From: Candidatus Nanopelagicales bacterium | GTDB taxonomy: Bacteria; Actinomycetota; Actinomycetes; S36-B12 | Assembly: GCA_028687755.1 (NCBI GenBank) | Contig: JAQTZL010000003.1 | Location: 61,804 to 125,803, forward strand | Direction of reading: 5' to 3' | DNA length: 64,000 nt | Shown: piece after piece, positions 1 through 11,021 of the stretch | How positions within the stretch are numbered: position 1 is the first letter of the stretch | How the letters are laid out: every line of letters starts with the position of its first letter | Notes under the pieces: generated by a model | Database searches by the model: none | Told to the model about the DNA's origin: nothing | What the model saw: the letters and a program-made list of their open reading frames with translations, nothing else | Translations under genes and position numbers: made by a program

Positions 1-238
1 TGACCCAGCATCAACACTGAAGATCGAAGAAACCATTCGTGAATTGTCAAAGGACATCACCATCGTCATCGTTACGCACAATATGCAACAGGCTGTTCGT
101 GTCGCGGATAACACGGCCTTCTTCCTCGCAGCTGAGGGTGAACCAGGTCATGTAGTTGAGCAAGGTAAAACAACTGACATTTTCGGCAACCCACAAGATC
201 AGCGCACCCTTGACTACGTCAACGGTCGTTTCGGGTAA
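1..238 (+). CDS. pstB: Phosphate ABC transporter ATP-binding protein PstB, 3' end (5' end lies outside the window)
   Basis: The reading frame is open to the window start. The C-terminal sequence ...[21 protein letters not shown]...[17 protein letters not shown] carries the ABC H-loop (THN) and the typical PstB tail. Stop TAA at 236-238. Confidence 0.9.
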   Translation, partial: DPASTLKIEETIRELSKDITIVIVTHNMQQAVRVADNTAFFLAAEGEPGHVVEQGKTTDIFGNPQDQRTLDYVNGRFG

Positions 239-241
239 CCA

Positions 242-296
242 ACTGTTCACCATGCATGGGGCTATTCGTGACACCGACTGTTCATCTAACTGTCAG
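242..296. promoter_or_regulatory. Candidate Pho-box-like direct repeats upstream of pstS
   Basis: ACTGTTCACC (242-251) and ACTGTTCATC (277-286), plus a degenerate ACTGTCAG (289-296). The GTTCAyC core resembles actinobacterial PhoP direct-repeat units. The site sits in the 148-nt gap before a PstS gene. The spacing (35 nt and 12 nt) is not the canonical 11-nt phasing. Confidence 0.3.
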
Positions 297-386
297 GTAT
301 ATGTCATAGATCCGACGTAATTCGTAAACCTGGCTTACCTACATTCATAAAAGTAAGACCTACATACATCATCAAAGGAGAAATCA

Positions 387-1442
387 GTGCGTCGCACTCT
401 CGTAGCTATTGCAACGACAGCCCTTGCTGCTTCAGCAATTGCCGTTGCAGCACCTGCTCAGGCAGCAGAGACCATCAGTGGTGGTGGAGCTTCATTCCCA
501 TACCCATTCATTTCCCAGTGCGCGGCTGATTTCAACGCCTCGCAGAAAAACTTCACGATCAACTACACCTCAACGGGCTCAGGCACCGGTAAGAGTAACT
601 TCACCAAGGGCACCTTTGCCTATGGTCAGACCGACTCCGCGTACACAAGTGGCGAGCCAACCTTCGATTGGACCTACGTTCCAAACATCGGTGGCGCGCT
701 TGCTTTCCCAATCAACTTGAAGAACGCCAAGACCGGCAAGACCCTTGGTTCATCAATCCAGTTGAAGCGCACCACACTCAGCAAGATCATGGCTGGCGCA
801 ATCACGAAGTGGAATGACAAGGAAATCCTTGCTACCAATGCTCGCATTGCGGCTTCGATCCCAGCTCAGAACATCACTGTGGTCTACCGCTCAGGCAACT
901 CAGGTACTTCAAACAACACCCTGCAGTATTTGAACGCTTTTGCGCCAAGCATCTGGAGCAAGGTTCAAGATGACTTCTCAACTGCATTCCCAGGCGGCAA
1001 GCCACCTGCCAGTTCATTGGCTGGCAAGGACAACGCCACCATCATCGCGACGATTGATGCCACTTCAGGAGCAATCGGTGCTGTTGACTTCGGCGACGCA
1101 AAGGGCTACCCAGTAGCTCGCATTGAAAACGCTCTTGGCGAATTCATTGCTCCTTCAGCCGCATCAGCAGCGAAGAACCTTGCAACTCAAACCAACCTGA
1201 ACTCACGTGGCTTGGTTGCACTTGACTACAACGTCAAGGCCAAGGGCGCGTACCCAATGGCGATCTTCAGCTACGGCATTGCTCGCACCGATGGCAAGGG
1301 ACCTAACGGTCTGGGTGTTCGTCAGTTCCAGGATTACTTGATCCAGAAGTGTGGACCTTCGCGTGCAGCACAGCTTGGTTACGTTCCAGTTGCTGGCGCA
1401 GTGCTCGCAAAGGCAAAGGCACTTGTAGCAAATATCAAGTAG
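387..1442 (+). CDS. pstS: Phosphate-binding protein PstS (secreted, PBP family)
   Basis: Signal peptide ending AVAAPAQA. Motifs GGGASFPYPF and YTSTGSGTGK are typical of PstS, and ...ITKWNDKEI... is also present. SD AAAGGAG lies 6 nt before the GTG start. Confidence 0.9.
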   Translation: MRRTLVAIATTALAASAIAVAAPAQAAETISGGGASFPYPFISQCAADFNASQKNFTINYTSTGSGTGKSNFTKGTFAYGQTDSAYTSGEPTFDWTYVPNIGGALAFPINLKNAKTGKTLGSSIQLKRTTLSKIMAGAITKWNDKEILATNARIAASIPAQNITVVYRSGNSGTSNNTLQYLNAFAPSIWSKVQDDFSTAFPGGKPPASSLAGKDNATIIATIDATSGAIGAVDFGDAKGYPVARIENALGEFIAPSAASAAKNLATQTNLNSRGLVALDYNVKAKGAYPMAIFSYGIARTDGKGPNGLGVRQFQDYLIQKCGPSRAAQLGYVPVAGAVLAKAKALVANIK

Positions 1443-1481
1443 TCAAACCTTCTGAAAACTCAGTAACACCAAAGCGAAAAG

Positions 1482-2675
1482 GTGAGGGCGATGTCTCGTA
1501 AGAATTCACGGGGCGTCGCCCTCACTGCGTTTTTTGCAGTGCCATTGGCTGCAGCAGCACTGATCCTTAGTGCGTGCACGCCACCTCTTCCACCAGATGT
1601 GTTGGCAGCTCAGGCGGAAGCAAACATCACTTGCCAAACAGGCAGCGTTGATGTGGGAGCTCCTGAAATGTTTTTCGGTGCTGTTGATGCTGTTGGTCAG
1701 TCACTCACCACCACGTGCCCAGACCAGGCGGTGGTTGAAGTGGCAGCAGATCAGCCCGCACCGGTGCAATTAGTTGACGTGCGTCCTTCACCTGCATTAC
1801 TGGCTTCTTTTAAAGCATCGAGTTGTGTATCAGGAACCACACTTGTTGTTCCTGCTTTCACTTATCCGGTAACCATGGCATTAAATGAACCAGGACTTGA
1901 AGGCATTCAATTATCGCCAAAAGCAATTGCTGGAATCCTCAGCGGTACGGTCAAGACTTGGGACGATCCACTGATTACTGCATCAAATGAAGGGTTGCTC
2001 CTTGATGGGCTTCCACCACTGCAATTGGTGACGTCGAAGTTTGATCAAGGCAGTGTCCAGGCAATGACAGCCTGGCTTAGTGCAACAGCCCCAGACACTT
2101 GGAAGCAAGGCACCGTTGGCACTCTGTCGGCCGGTGAATCCTTCGACACGGTTGCCGATCTGGTTACTTCAATTACCTCGAATGAAGGACAAATCGCGAT
2201 TTTGCCAGTCACCACCGCGAATAACAACGTATTGGGTATGGCATCCCTGCCGGCGGGACCTAATACCGACATCTGGGTCACCGCTGAAGATATTCAGTTA
2301 GCCAAGGTCGGATCAGCAGCTATGACAGACCAGACCAGCACACTTGCTGGCAGCGAATCCAAAGACATGCTTGTTTATGGGCCAGGTCTAGGCGGCGTTC
2401 CAGTTGAAGGTCAGTTCGATATTGCTGCTTCAAAGATTGTGCTGAGCGAGGGACAAGAACTTATTGGTTGGCCCGTGATGGGTGTCGCGCACCTTTTGGT
2501 GTGCAACGACAAAGCCAACCCCCTGCCTCTCTCGTTTGCGCAATATCTCGTACGCCTAGCTGGTCAAGGTTCGCTTGAAGCCTTTGGTGTGACGCCACTG
2601 CCAGAACCAATTCGCATCAAGACTTTTGCGCCGCTTCAGGTGAATGCTGCGGCCAATGCTGGTTCGAACGAGTAG
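1482..2675 (+). CDS. Divergent PstS-like/PBP-type lipoprotein
   Basis: Lipobox LILSAC. The internal LSPKAIAGILSGTVKTWDDPLI resembles the PstS I..G.I..W.D..I motif. No clear SGxG phosphate-clamp motif is visible. An alternative ATG start is at 1491. Confidence 0.55.
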   Translation: MRAMSRKNSRGVALTAFFAVPLAAAALILSACTPPLPPDVLAAQAEANITCQTGSVDVGAPEMFFGAVDAVGQSLTTTCPDQAVVEVAADQPAPVQLVDVRPSPALLASFKASSCVSGTTLVVPAFTYPVTMALNEPGLEGIQLSPKAIAGILSGTVKTWDDPLITASNEGLLLDGLPPLQLVTSKFDQGSVQAMTAWLSATAPDTWKQGTVGTLSAGESFDTVADLVTSITSNEGQIAILPVTTANNNVLGMASLPAGPNTDIWVTAEDIQLAKVGSAAMTDQTSTLAGSESKDMLVYGPGLGGVPVEGQFDIAASKIVLSEGQELIGWPVMGVAHLLVCNDKANPLPLSFAQYLVRLAGQGSLEAFGVTPLPEPIRIKTFAPLQVNAAANAGSNE

Positions 2676-2696
2676 CAACTCCACACGTCCTATAAG

Positions 2697-2727
2697 AAAG
2701 AGCCCCAGCCGTCGGCTGGGGCTCTTT
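2697..2727. terminator. Bidirectional rho-independent terminator between convergent genes
   Basis: AAAGAGCCCCAGCC-GTCG-GCTGGGGCTCTTT forms a 13-14 bp GC-rich stem flanked by A-run/T-run. It lies between the stop at 2675 (+) and the ppa stop at 2740 (-). Confidence 0.8.
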
Positions 2728-2739
2728 CTACTGAAAGAT

Positions 2740-3243
2740 TTAGTGCTTGTGACTTCCCGGTACATAACGGCCCTGTGAAGCAACGATTTCTGCTTCTGCC
2801 TCAACGCGACCTTCCCAGTCAGCACCTTCAACGCTCTTACCTGGCTCAAGATCCTTGTAGACCTCGAAGAAGTGCTGAATTTCGAGACGATCGAATTCAG
2901 AAACATGGTGAATATCGCGAAGGTGTTCAAGGCGTGGGTCACCAGCGGGTACACACAGCACCTTGTCATCGCCGCCTGCTTCGTCGGTCATGCGGAACAT
3001 GCCGATAGCGCGGCAACGAATGACAACGCCCGGGTAGGTGGGTTCCTGAGTCATCACAAGTGCGTCGAGTGGATCGCCGTCTTGACCCAAGGTGTCATCG
3101 ATGAAGCCATAGTCATGTGGGTAACGAGTTGAGGTGAAGAGCATGCGGTCCAAGCGAATACGGCCGGTCTCGTGGTCTACCTCATACTTATTGCGGCTAC
3201 CTGCGGGAATTTCAATCGTGACGTCGAATACCAAGGGGTTCAT
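2740..3243 (-). CDS. ppa: Inorganic pyrophosphatase (family I)
   Basis: [23 protein letters not shown] and DGDPLDALV signatures; length 167 aa. Confidence 0.95.
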   Translation of the reverse strand: MNPLVFDVTIEIPAGSRNKYEVDHETGRIRLDRMLFTSTRYPHDYGFIDDTLGQDGDPLDALVMTQEPTYPGVVIRCRAIGMFRMTDEAGGDDKVLCVPAGDPRLEHLRDIHHVSEFDRLEIQHFFEVYKDLEPGKSVEGADWEGRVEAEAEIVASQGRYVPGSHKH

Positions 3244-3299
3244 AGTCGCCTAGTCTTCCCTATAGATGGTGCGATGACTGCATAGAAGAGAGGTGACAG

Positions 3300-4595
3300 G
3301 TGACACATAAGCGAAAAATGGCGCTATTTCTAGGGTTTTTGCTGTTGTGGTGTGCGTCACCCATCACGCAATCGCTTGCATCTGCGGCTGATGACTCCTC
3401 GTTAGTGCTGAACCCAATCCCAGTTGTCGGTAGCAAAGCACCGACCCCAACCGCTGCAGGTCTAACAGCGGCGCTGAGTGCCACGGTGAAGCGTCCAGCC
3501 TTGGGCACTGTTGGCGCTTGGGTCGGGGACCCGGCCACGGGGGACATGCTTTTTGATTCACAAGGTTCGACTGCGTTGCTCCCTGCATCAACATTGAAGT
3601 TATTGACCGCAGTAACAGCACTCAAGTTACTCACACCTACACATCGCATTGCTACTCGCGTCGTGGTTGAAGGTTCAACACTGACGCTGATCGGCGGCGG
3701 TGACCCAATGCTCGCAAGTTCCGGTCCAGGAGCGTCACTGACGTCCTTGGCCACTCAAGTCGCCAAGCAAGTGCAGTCAGCTCCAGTGCTTGTGAACTAC
3801 GACAGTTCACTTTTTACTGGCCGTAAGTTGGGCCCAGGCTGGTCAGCGTCATTTCCTGCTGCTGGTGTTGCAGCTCCTGTCGCGGCATTGATGGTTGACC
3901 AAGGTCGTGTCAATCCGCGCGGTAATTCACGCGTTGATGACCCAGCGAAGTACGCCGCTCAATTATTTGTGAAGGCTCTGCGTAAAAGTGGAGTGAAAGT
4001 GAACATCGGTGTGGAGGCCAAAGCGCCAATCAGCGGAACGCAAATTGCCAAGGTTGAGTCAGCGCCGGTTCAACAGCTGGTCAATCACATGCTCACAGAT
4101 TCGGATAATGACTTAGCAGAGTCACTTGCTCATCTGTCTGGTGTTGCGCAGTCGGGAACAGGAAGCTTCGCAAGTGGTGCAGCTGCGATGAAGAGTGCGG
4201 CGACAGAACTGGGTATTCCGGTGCAAGGCATGCAGCTGTCCGACGGCAGCGGTCTGTCGAGTAAGAATCGAATTGCGCCACAAACGCTTGGAAAGATTCT
4301 CGTTCTTGCAGCCAATGGATCATTTGATGGCATCGCACCAGCGTTAGCAGTCGCAGGATTTACTGGGACGTTGGCTGATCGGTTTACTTCAGGATCTCAA
4401 AAGGTGGCCGCTGGTTTCGTCCGTGCGAAAACTGGAACATTGCGATCAGCAGTCGCGCTCGCAGGAATGGTTCCAGATGTTCAAGGACGAGTGCTGGTGT
4501 TCGCGATTCTCGCCAATGACATTGCCTCTATTGCAAAAGCACGAAACGCCGTTGATCAATTCGCGACGAAACTACGTCTGTGCGGATGCGTGTAA
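3300..4595 (+). CDS. dacB: D-alanyl-D-alanine carboxypeptidase/endopeptidase (PBP4, S13 family)
   Basis: Signal peptide present. SxxK (ASTLKLLT), SxN (TDSDNDLAESL) and KTG (AKTGTL) motifs are all present. Confidence 0.88.
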   Translation: MTHKRKMALFLGFLLLWCASPITQSLASAADDSSLVLNPIPVVGSKAPTPTAAGLTAALSATVKRPALGTVGAWVGDPATGDMLFDSQGSTALLPASTLKLLTAVTALKLLTPTHRIATRVVVEGSTLTLIGGGDPMLASSGPGASLTSLATQVAKQVQSAPVLVNYDSSLFTGRKLGPGWSASFPAAGVAAPVAALMVDQGRVNPRGNSRVDDPAKYAAQLFVKALRKSGVKVNIGVEAKAPISGTQIAKVESAPVQQLVNHMLTDSDNDLAESLAHLSGVAQSGTGSFASGAAAMKSAATELGIPVQGMQLSDGSGLSSKNRIAPQTLGKILVLAANGSFDGIAPALAVAGFTGTLADRFTSGSQKVAAGFVRAKTGTLRSAVALAGMVPDVQGRVLVFAILANDIASIAKARNAVDQFATKLRLCGCV

Positions 4596-5647
4596 CTATG
4601 GGCGAAGATATTCCTGAGCGCCATTGGGCATCATCACAGACCTTGACCGTGCGTTCTGCGGTTCACGAGTCACTCGCCAATATTGGATCTGGTTCAACAA
4701 TCATCGTTGCCTGCTCAGGAGGCCCAGATTCATTGGCATTAGCAGCGGCTGCTGCTTTTGTGGGCAAACAACGCGAAATTTCGGTGATAGCGGTCATCGT
4801 TGATCATCAGTTGCAAGACGCGTCAGCAGAGGTTGCTCAAGCTGCAGCAGCTGCGTGTATTGAGTTCGGAATTGATTCCGTCGTCGTTGCTGAAGTCGCA
4901 GTGAACGGGGATGGCGGACCGGAGGCAGCAGCGCGTCGAGCGCGCTATGAAGCTTTAGAAGCAATGGCTGCGAAATATCAAGCCTCGTGCATTCTGCTTG
5001 GGCACACGCAAGATGACCAGGCTGAAACTGTGTTGTTGCGATTGGCAAGAGGATCTGGGACCAGATCGATTGCCGCGATGCAGTTTCGCAATGGATTACT
5101 TGTGCGTCCGCTCTTGCAGGTCTCGCGCGCAGTGGTACATGCAAGTGCCAAAGATGTGTGTTCCGCAATTGGTGTGGTTCCGTGGAGTGATCCGCACAAT
5201 CTTGACCCTCGATTCACGCGAGTGCGAGTTCGCGCTGCCTTTGAAGGGCTGGAGGAAGCCTTAGGTGCGGGGTTTGTTGCGGGGTTGGCGCGATCGGCGC
5301 TATTAGCCAGTGATGATGCTGACGCTTTAGATCAATGGGCCGCGCAGGAGTTTGATTCGCTGGTCACTTTCGATGATTGCTCGATGAGCGTCGGTATAGA
5401 TGATTTTCAATTGCTCCCATCCGCTATCCGTTCCCGAATGATTCGTCGTATGTGTATGGATCTGGGAGCTGGCAGCGACGCAGTCACTTTGGGTCATGTG
5501 CAGGCAGTAGATGCACTTATTACCCAATGGCGAGGCCAAGGTCCAGTGAGTTTGCCAGCCCGTGTGCTTGCCTGTCGTGAATATGGAAGGCTGACCCTTA
5601 CCTCGCCTAAATCAACCCTCAACGCAGGAGACCCCCTTGCTACCTGA
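4580..5647 (+). CDS. tilS: tRNA(Ile)-lysidine synthase
   Basis: PP-loop [11 protein letters not shown] and the [19 protein letters not shown] block. An alternative ATG start at 4598 lies just after the dacB stop. Confidence 0.9.
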   Translation: MRMRVTMGEDIPERHWASSQTLTVRSAVHESLANIGSGSTIIVACSGGPDSLALAAAAAFVGKQREISVIAVIVDHQLQDASAEVAQAAAAACIEFGIDSVVVAEVAVNGDGGPEAAARRARYEALEAMAAKYQASCILLGHTQDDQAETVLLRLARGSGTRSIAAMQFRNGLLVRPLLQVSRAVVHASAKDVCSAIGVVPWSDPHNLDPRFTRVRVRAAFEGLEEALGAGFVAGLARSALLASDDADALDQWAAQEFDSLVTFDDCSMSVGIDDFQLLPSAIRSRMIRRMCMDLGAGSDAVTLGHVQAVDALITQWRGQGPVSLPARVLACREYGRLTLTSPKSTLNAGDPLAT

Positions 5648-6191
5648 ACACATTGGTGACGATCTTGCTCACGTACTTCTGAGCGAAGCCGAAATCCAAA
5701 CGCGCATCAATGAAATTGCTGCGCAGATTGAGGTGGATTATCACGGTCAAGATCTGCTGCTGGTTGGTGTTCTCAAGGGTGCGGTCATGATCATGGCTGA
5801 TCTTGCGCGCACGTTGACCCGAAGTACTGAGATGGACTGGATGGCAGTGTCGTCCTACGGCTCAGGCACGAAATCAAGCGGTGTGGTGCGTATTCTCAAG
5901 GACCTCGACAACGACATCGTGGGCCGCAATGTGCTCATCGTCGAAGACATCCTTGACTCAGGGCTGACCCTCTCGTGGCTGATCAAAAACCTAGGTTCGC
6001 GGGGCGCAACCTCAGTTGAAGTCTTCTCGCTCCTGCGCAAACCAGAAGCAATCAAAGTGGAAGTCAATCCAAAATATGTGGGCTTTGACATCCCTAATGA
6101 GTTTGTCGTGGGTTACGGCCTGGATTACGACCAGAAGTACCGTAACTTGCGGTGTGTGGGGACCCTGGCTCCGCACGTCTACGGCGCCTGA
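5637..6191 (+). CDS. hpt: Hypoxanthine phosphoribosyltransferase
   Basis: PRPP-binding loop [14 protein letters not shown]; 184 aa; follows tilS as in many bacteria; TTG start. Confidence 0.9.
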   Translation: MLPEHIGDDLAHVLLSEAEIQTRINEIAAQIEVDYHGQDLLLVGVLKGAVMIMADLARTLTRSTEMDWMAVSSYGSGTKSSGVVRILKDLDNDIVGRNVLIVEDILDSGLTLSWLIKNLGSRGATSVEVFSLLRKPEAIKVEVNPKYVGFDIPNEFVVGYGLDYDQKYRNLRCVGTLAPHVYGA

Positions 6192-6256
6192 TCGCTGAGC
6201 GCGAAAGCCCCGGTCCACTGGCTTGGCAGCCCGTGCACCCGTAGTACCGTCAGGCG

Positions 6257-8218
6257 GTGGACTTCAAAAGGATCATTCGCGGACCAATTTTTTGGGTAGC
6301 TCTTGCTGTTGCCTTCGTATTAGTTGGTTCAAGTTTCCTTTCAGGGGTAGGTGCACCTACCCAGGTCGACACCAGCCAGGCTGTTTCTGACATTCAAAGT
6401 GGCAAGGTTGATACCGCGACTCTGACTGATCGCGATCAGCTCCTAGAGCTCACCCTGAAAGACGGATCCAAGCTCCGCACCTCCTATGTCACTGGCCAAG
6501 GTGTGAACCTGCAGGAGTTACTCCAACTCAAGGCTGACGCTGGTCAATTGCCAGGTGGCTATAACGTGGTGGTACCAAGTGAAAATATCTTGGTCACACT
6601 GCTGTTCTCACTTCTCCCAATTGCCATCGTGGTTTTCTTGTTGTTCTTCTTCATGGGGCAAATGCAAGGTGGCGGCAACAAGGTCATGAGTTTTGGTAAA
6701 TCCAAAGCCAAACTTGTCAACAAGGACATGCCTCAAACCACGTTCGCCGACGTCGCCGGTGCTGATGAAGCAGTTGAAGAACTTGAAGAAATCAAAGACT
6801 TCCTCGCGGACCCATCGAAGTTCCATGCCGTTGGCGCCAAGATCCCCAAGGGCGTATTGCTCTACGGGCCTCCCGGCACCGGCAAGACTTTGCTCGCGCG
6901 TGCAGTCGCTGGTGAGGCTGGAGTTCCGTTCTTTTCGATTTCAGGCTCAGACTTTGTTGAAATGTTTGTAGGTGTTGGCGCAAGTCGCGTTCGCGACTTG
7001 TTCGAACAAGCCAAAGCGAATGCTCCAGCGATTATTTTTATTGACGAGATCGATGCAGTTGGTCGCCATCGCGGCGCTGGTATGGGTGGCGGGCACGATG
7101 AACGTGAACAGACACTGAACCAAATGCTGGTGGAGATGGATGGCTTTGATGTCACCGGTGGTGTCATCTTGATCGCTGCAACAAACCGTCCAGACATTTT
7201 GGATCCAGCGCTACTTCGCCCTGGCCGTTTTGATCGCCAGATTGCAGTTGATCGGCCAGATTTGCTGGGCCGCTTTGCGATTCTTGAGGTACACGCCAAG
7301 GGCAAGCCGATGGCTGATGAAGTTGACCTGATGGCAGTTGCTCGCCGTACGCCTGGTTTCACTGGAGCAGACCTGGCCAACGTTCTCAACGAAGCTGCGT
7401 TATTGACCGCACGCCTTGGGTTCGAGCGCCTTGATGATGCGGCACTTGATGAAGCTATCGATCGAGTGATGGCAGGTCCGCAAAAGCGCACTCGCATGAT
7501 GGACGATCACGAGAAGAGCATCACCGCGTATCACGAGGCAGGCCACGCACTTGTTGCTGCGGCACTTCCTGGCAATGATCCAGTGCACAAGATCACGATC
7601 ATGCCTCGTGGTCGTGCACTTGGTTACACGATGGTGTTACCTGAAGCTGACAAGTACTCAACAACTCGCAGTGAAATGCAAAACCAACTGGCGTACATGC
7701 TCGGTGGTCGCGCTGCTGAAGAGTTGATCTTCCACGATCCAACAACTGGCGCATCGAATGACATTGAGCGCGCAACCGCGCTTGCCCGCGCAATGGTGAC
7801 CCAATACGGCATGACCGAACGTCTGGGGGCAATCCGATACGGACAGCCACAAGGTGAAGTCTTCATGGGTCGCGATTTGGGTCATACGCGTGATTACTCC
7901 GAAGAAATTGCTGGAGCCATCGATGAAGAAGTGCGTACCTTTATTGAAAATGCACACCAAGAGGCCTACGACATTCTCGTAGCCAATCGCGATGTACTTG
8001 ATGCACTCGTGAAGGAACTCTTGGAAAAGGAAACGTTAGATCGCGAACAGATCGCTGCGGTCTTTGAAGCCCTTCATCTCAATGAGCCACGTCCAGCATG
8101 GACAGGTTCCGCTCGCCGCCTGCCTGATTCGCGTGGACCGATTGAGCATCCACGCCCAGCGGTGGTTGCCGAAGTTGAAACTATTGTTGTCGAAGCTACT
8201 ACCGAAGACGAGGCGTAA
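6257..8218 (+). CDS. ftsH: ATP-dependent zinc metalloprotease FtsH
   Basis: Two N-terminal TM segments, Walker A GPPGTGKT, Walker B IIFIDEID and the zinc site HEAGHA. Confidence 0.97.
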   Translation: MDFKRIIRGPIFWVALAVAFVLVGSSFLSGVGAPTQVDTSQAVSDIQSGKVDTATLTDRDQLLELTLKDGSKLRTSYVTGQGVNLQELLQLKADAGQLPGGYNVVVPSENILVTLLFSLLPIAIVVFLLFFFMGQMQGGGNKVMSFGKSKAKLVNKDMPQTTFADVAGADEAVEELEEIKDFLADPSKFHAVGAKIPKGVLLYGPPGTGKTLLARAVAGEAGVPFFSISGSDFVEMFVGVGASRVRDLFEQAKANAPAIIFIDEIDAVGRHRGAGMGGGHDEREQTLNQMLVEMDGFDVTGGVILIAATNRPDILDPALLRPGRFDRQIAVDRPDLLGRFAILEVHAKGKPMADEVDLMAVARRTPGFTGADLANVLNEAALLTARLGFERLDDAALDEAIDRVMAGPQKRTRMMDDHEKSITAYHEAGHALVAAALPGNDPVHKITIMPRGRALGYTMVLPEADKYSTTRSEMQNQLAYMLGGRAAEELIFHDPTTGASNDIERATALARAMVTQYGMTERLGAIRYGQPQGEVFMGRDLGHTRDYSEEIAGAIDEEVRTFIENAHQEAYDILVANRDVLDALVKELLEKETLDREQIAAVFEALHLNEPRPAWTGSARRLPDSRGPIEHPRPAVVAEVETIVVEATTEDEA

Positions 8219-8826
8219 TGACCATCGATCCAGTCAGCGTTGATCCAAACGCAGCGGTTGGCGAATTTGATGCTCCAGGTGTTGAAGCTGCGATTCGTGC
8301 GCTACTCATTGCTGTTGGTGAAAATCCCGATCGCGATGGCCTGAAAGACACTCCTGCTCGCGTCGCACGTTCGTATCAAGAGATCTTTGCTGGTCTGCAC
8401 ATGCAGGCTGAAGATGTGTTGACCACAACCTTCGACCTTGGTCACGAGGAAATGATCATCGTGCGGGATATCGAGATGTACAGCACCTGCGAGCACCACT
8501 TGGTTCCGTTCCATGGGCGGGCTCACATTGGTTACATTCCTGGTCCAAATGGCCGCATTACTGGCTTATCGAAGTTGGCTCGTCTGGTTGATCTCTATGC
8601 GCGTCGCCCACAGGTACAAGAGCGCCTTACTTCGCAAATTGCAGATGCACTCGTGCGCATTCTTGAGCCTCGCGGAGCCATTGTTGTTGTCGAAGCAGAA
8701 CACCTATGTATGTCAATGCGCGGTATTCGTAAGCCAGGATCAAAGACATTGACAAGTGCTGTACGTGGATCACTGCTCGAACCAGCTACCCGCGCAGAAG
8801 CAATGTCACTTATCCAAGGCCGATGA
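8218..8826 (+). CDS. folE: GTP cyclohydrolase I
   Basis: [22 protein letters not shown] signature. The start overlaps the ftsH stop (TAATG). Confidence 0.95.
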   Translation: MTIDPVSVDPNAAVGEFDAPGVEAAIRALLIAVGENPDRDGLKDTPARVARSYQEIFAGLHMQAEDVLTTTFDLGHEEMIIVRDIEMYSTCEHHLVPFHGRAHIGYIPGPNGRITGLSKLARLVDLYARRPQVQERLTSQIADALVRILEPRGAIVVVEAEHLCMSMRGIRKPGSKTLTSAVRGSLLEPATRAEAMSLIQGR

Positions 8827-9686
8827 ACATTCGACACCCGTTGGGGCTTCCTGCCTCACTTCTTGGTGTCGAGCATGCATTAGTTGTAGGCGTTCTCAAT
8901 GTGACCCCAGATTCATTTTCTGATGGCGGCAAATTCGCTGACGTTGATGCCGCCATCGCCCACGGTGTCGCACTGCGCGACCAAGGTGCGTCTTTTGTTG
9001 ATGTCGGTGGGGAATCAACTCGCCCCGGTGCAACGCGAGTTACAGCAGATGATGAGCAAGCTCGAGTGCTCGAAGTTATTGCCGGGCTCACTGAAGTGGG
9101 AGTGCACGTCAGTATTGACACCATGCACGCGAGCACTGCTGTCGCGGCAATTGAAGCGGGTGCGTTCATGGTGAATGACGTAAGCGGTGGGTTAGCGGAT
9201 GCAGCAATGGTGCACGCTGTTGCTGATATGCAGGTGCCCTACGTGATTATGCATTGGCGCGGCCACAGCACTGAGATGAATGCCCTCACTTCATACGGGG
9301 ATGTCGTAACTGATGTCATTGAAGAATTAGGTGCCCGAGTTGATGTTGCCTTGAGAGCGGGCATTGCTCCAGAAGCAATCGTGATTGATCCGGGTCTTGG
9401 CTTTGCTAAAGAGGCAAATCACAACTGGGCAATTCTTCATCAACTCGAGAAATTAGAAGCGCTTGGTTACCCGGTGCTCATTGGTGCTTCACGCAAACGA
9501 TTCATTGGTTCGTTACTTGGAAGTAGTGACGGAGTGATGCGACCTGTGGACCAACGCGATGGTGCCACAGATGCAATTTCTGCTCTAGCTGCTGCTGCTG
9601 GCGTATGGGCTGTCCGCGTGCACGATGTTGTCGGCAGCGTTGATGCTGTTCGAGTAGGTTCAGCTTGGCGATTGGGGCGAGGATGA
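8823..9686 (+). CDS. folP: Dihydropteroate synthase
   Basis: [30 protein letters not shown] and GASRKRF motifs; ATGA overlap with folE. Confidence 0.95.
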   Translation: MNIRHPLGLPASLLGVEHALVVGVLNVTPDSFSDGGKFADVDAAIAHGVALRDQGASFVDVGGESTRPGATRVTADDEQARVLEVIAGLTEVGVHVSIDTMHASTAVAAIEAGAFMVNDVSGGLADAAMVHAVADMQVPYVIMHWRGHSTEMNALTSYGDVVTDVIEELGARVDVALRAGIAPEAIVIDPGLGFAKEANHNWAILHQLEKLEALGYPVLIGASRKRFIGSLLGSSDGVMRPVDQRDGATDAISALAAAAGVWAVRVHDVVGSVDAVRVGSAWRLGRG

Positions 9687-10042
9687 GCGCGGATCAGATT
9701 CTGGTGTACGGGATTACTGCAACCGGTTTTCACGGTGTCTTCGACCATGAACGCCGTGACGGTCAAGAGTTTTCCGTTGATCTTGTCGTTCACCTGCATC
9801 CGAGCAAGGCTGCCGCGAGTGATGACCTTGCAGACACAGTCGACTATGGAGCGATTTCACAAGCCGTTCACGATCGCATTGTTGGTCCACCATTGAACTT
9901 AATTGAAACGCTTGCGGAAAGAATCTCGGAAGATGTCTTGGCATTTGCGGGTGTGGAAGGCGTTGAAGTTATTGTGCATAAGCCGCAAGCACCAATCCCG
10001 GTTCCCTTTACCAACGTAGCTGTGAAAATCATTCGTCCATGA
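9665..10042 (+). CDS. folB: Dihydroneopterin aldolase
   Basis: ATGFHGVFDHERRDGQEFSVDL block; 125 aa; positioned between folP and folK. Confidence 0.9.
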   Translation: MAIGARMSADQILVYGITATGFHGVFDHERRDGQEFSVDLVVHLHPSKAAASDDLADTVDYGAISQAVHDRIVGPPLNLIETLAERISEDVLAFAGVEGVEVIVHKPQAPIPVPFTNVAVKIIRP

Positions 10043-10542
10043 CTCGTGCAGTGATTGCACTCGGTGCAAATTTGGGTGATGCGAAAGCAGCCTTGCAGGG
10101 TGCAGTGGAGGCGCTTGCGGCGACGCCAGGCATTGAAGTGATTGCAGCCTCACCTGTGTTTGAAACTGAACCAGTAGGCGGGCCAGAACAACCGGTCTAT
10201 GTCAATGCAGTGGTCCTTATTGACACTTCCCTTACACCTGATGATTTATTGACAAGAGCGAACGCAATTGAAGCTGATTGGCAACGCACTCGTGAAGTGC
10301 GTTGGGGTCCGCGAACTCTGGATATCGACATTATTGATATCGATGGCTTCATTTCAGATTCGCAGCGGTTGACGATTCCGCATCCGCGTGCGCATGAACG
10401 TGGCTTTGTGCTGGTTCCATGGTTAGCGGTTGACTCAACCGCAGTGATTCACGGTGAGCCAATTGCTGAACTCATCCAACGTGTTGATGTGACTGGCGTA
10501 CGAACACTGGAACCGCGGGTAGATCTGATGGTCTCCCAATGA
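10039..10542 (+). CDS. folK: 2-amino-4-hydroxy-6-hydroxymethyldihydropteridine diphosphokinase
   Basis: ALGANLGD, GPRTLDIDII and IPHPRAHERGFVLVP motifs; ATGA overlap with folB. Confidence 0.93.
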   Translation: MTRAVIALGANLGDAKAALQGAVEALAATPGIEVIAASPVFETEPVGGPEQPVYVNAVVLIDTSLTPDDLLTRANAIEADWQRTREVRWGPRTLDIDIIDIDGFISDSQRLTIPHPRAHERGFVLVPWLAVDSTAVIHGEPIAELIQRVDVTGVRTLEPRVDLMVSQ

Positions 10543-11021
10543 AGCCCACCCGTATTCGCCTGCTGCTCATCATTACTGTCATCGGTGCCTTGGTGGGATT
10601 TGTTCTCGCAAGTGTGATGAACGGCCAAGTTGGCCGCGCGGTACCCGTGCCGTTTCTGGCTGCCCTCACCCTCTGGATACTTGCGCTCGCACTCTTCATT
10701 TGGGCCTACTTGGCAAAGCCACGCCTGCAGCGTGCTCCGGGTTCAGTGCCGTTGGCGCCCATCGTGGCGGCCCGCACCGCAGCACTCGCGATGGCTGCAT
10801 CAAGAACTGGTGCTCTTGTTGCCGGTTTCTATATTGGTCTTGGCGTTGGCACGCTGCCCGATCTGGCTACCCCAGCAGGAACGTCAACGGTGTGGTCGGC
10901 GGGGGCAGCGGCGCTTGGAGCAATCGCGCTTGTAGCCGCGGCGCTATGGCTAGAACATCTGTGTCGATTGCCGGCAGAGGGTGACTCGGATGGATCAGGG
11001 CTAGATAAGGTCAGTCCATGA
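10539..11021 (+). CDS. DUF3180-like integral membrane protein
   Basis: Four predicted TM helices. It occupies the slot directly after folK, which a DUF3180 membrane protein also occupies in other actinobacteria. ATGA overlap with folK. Confidence 0.7.
   Translation: MKPTRIRLLLIITVIGALVGFVLASVMNGQVGRAVPVPFLAALTLWILALALFIWAYLAKPRLQRAPGSVPLAPIVAARTAALAMAASRTGALVAGFYIGLGVGTLPDLATPAGTSTVWSAGAAALGAIALVAAALWLEHLCRLPAEGDSDGSGLDKVSP

Noticed and set aside
6862-7497. 211-aa minus-strand ORF inside ftsH
   Set aside because: Its Arg/Ser/Ala/Pro-rich low-complexity translation is typical of antisense frames of GC-biased genes, and FtsH on the plus strand is unambiguous.
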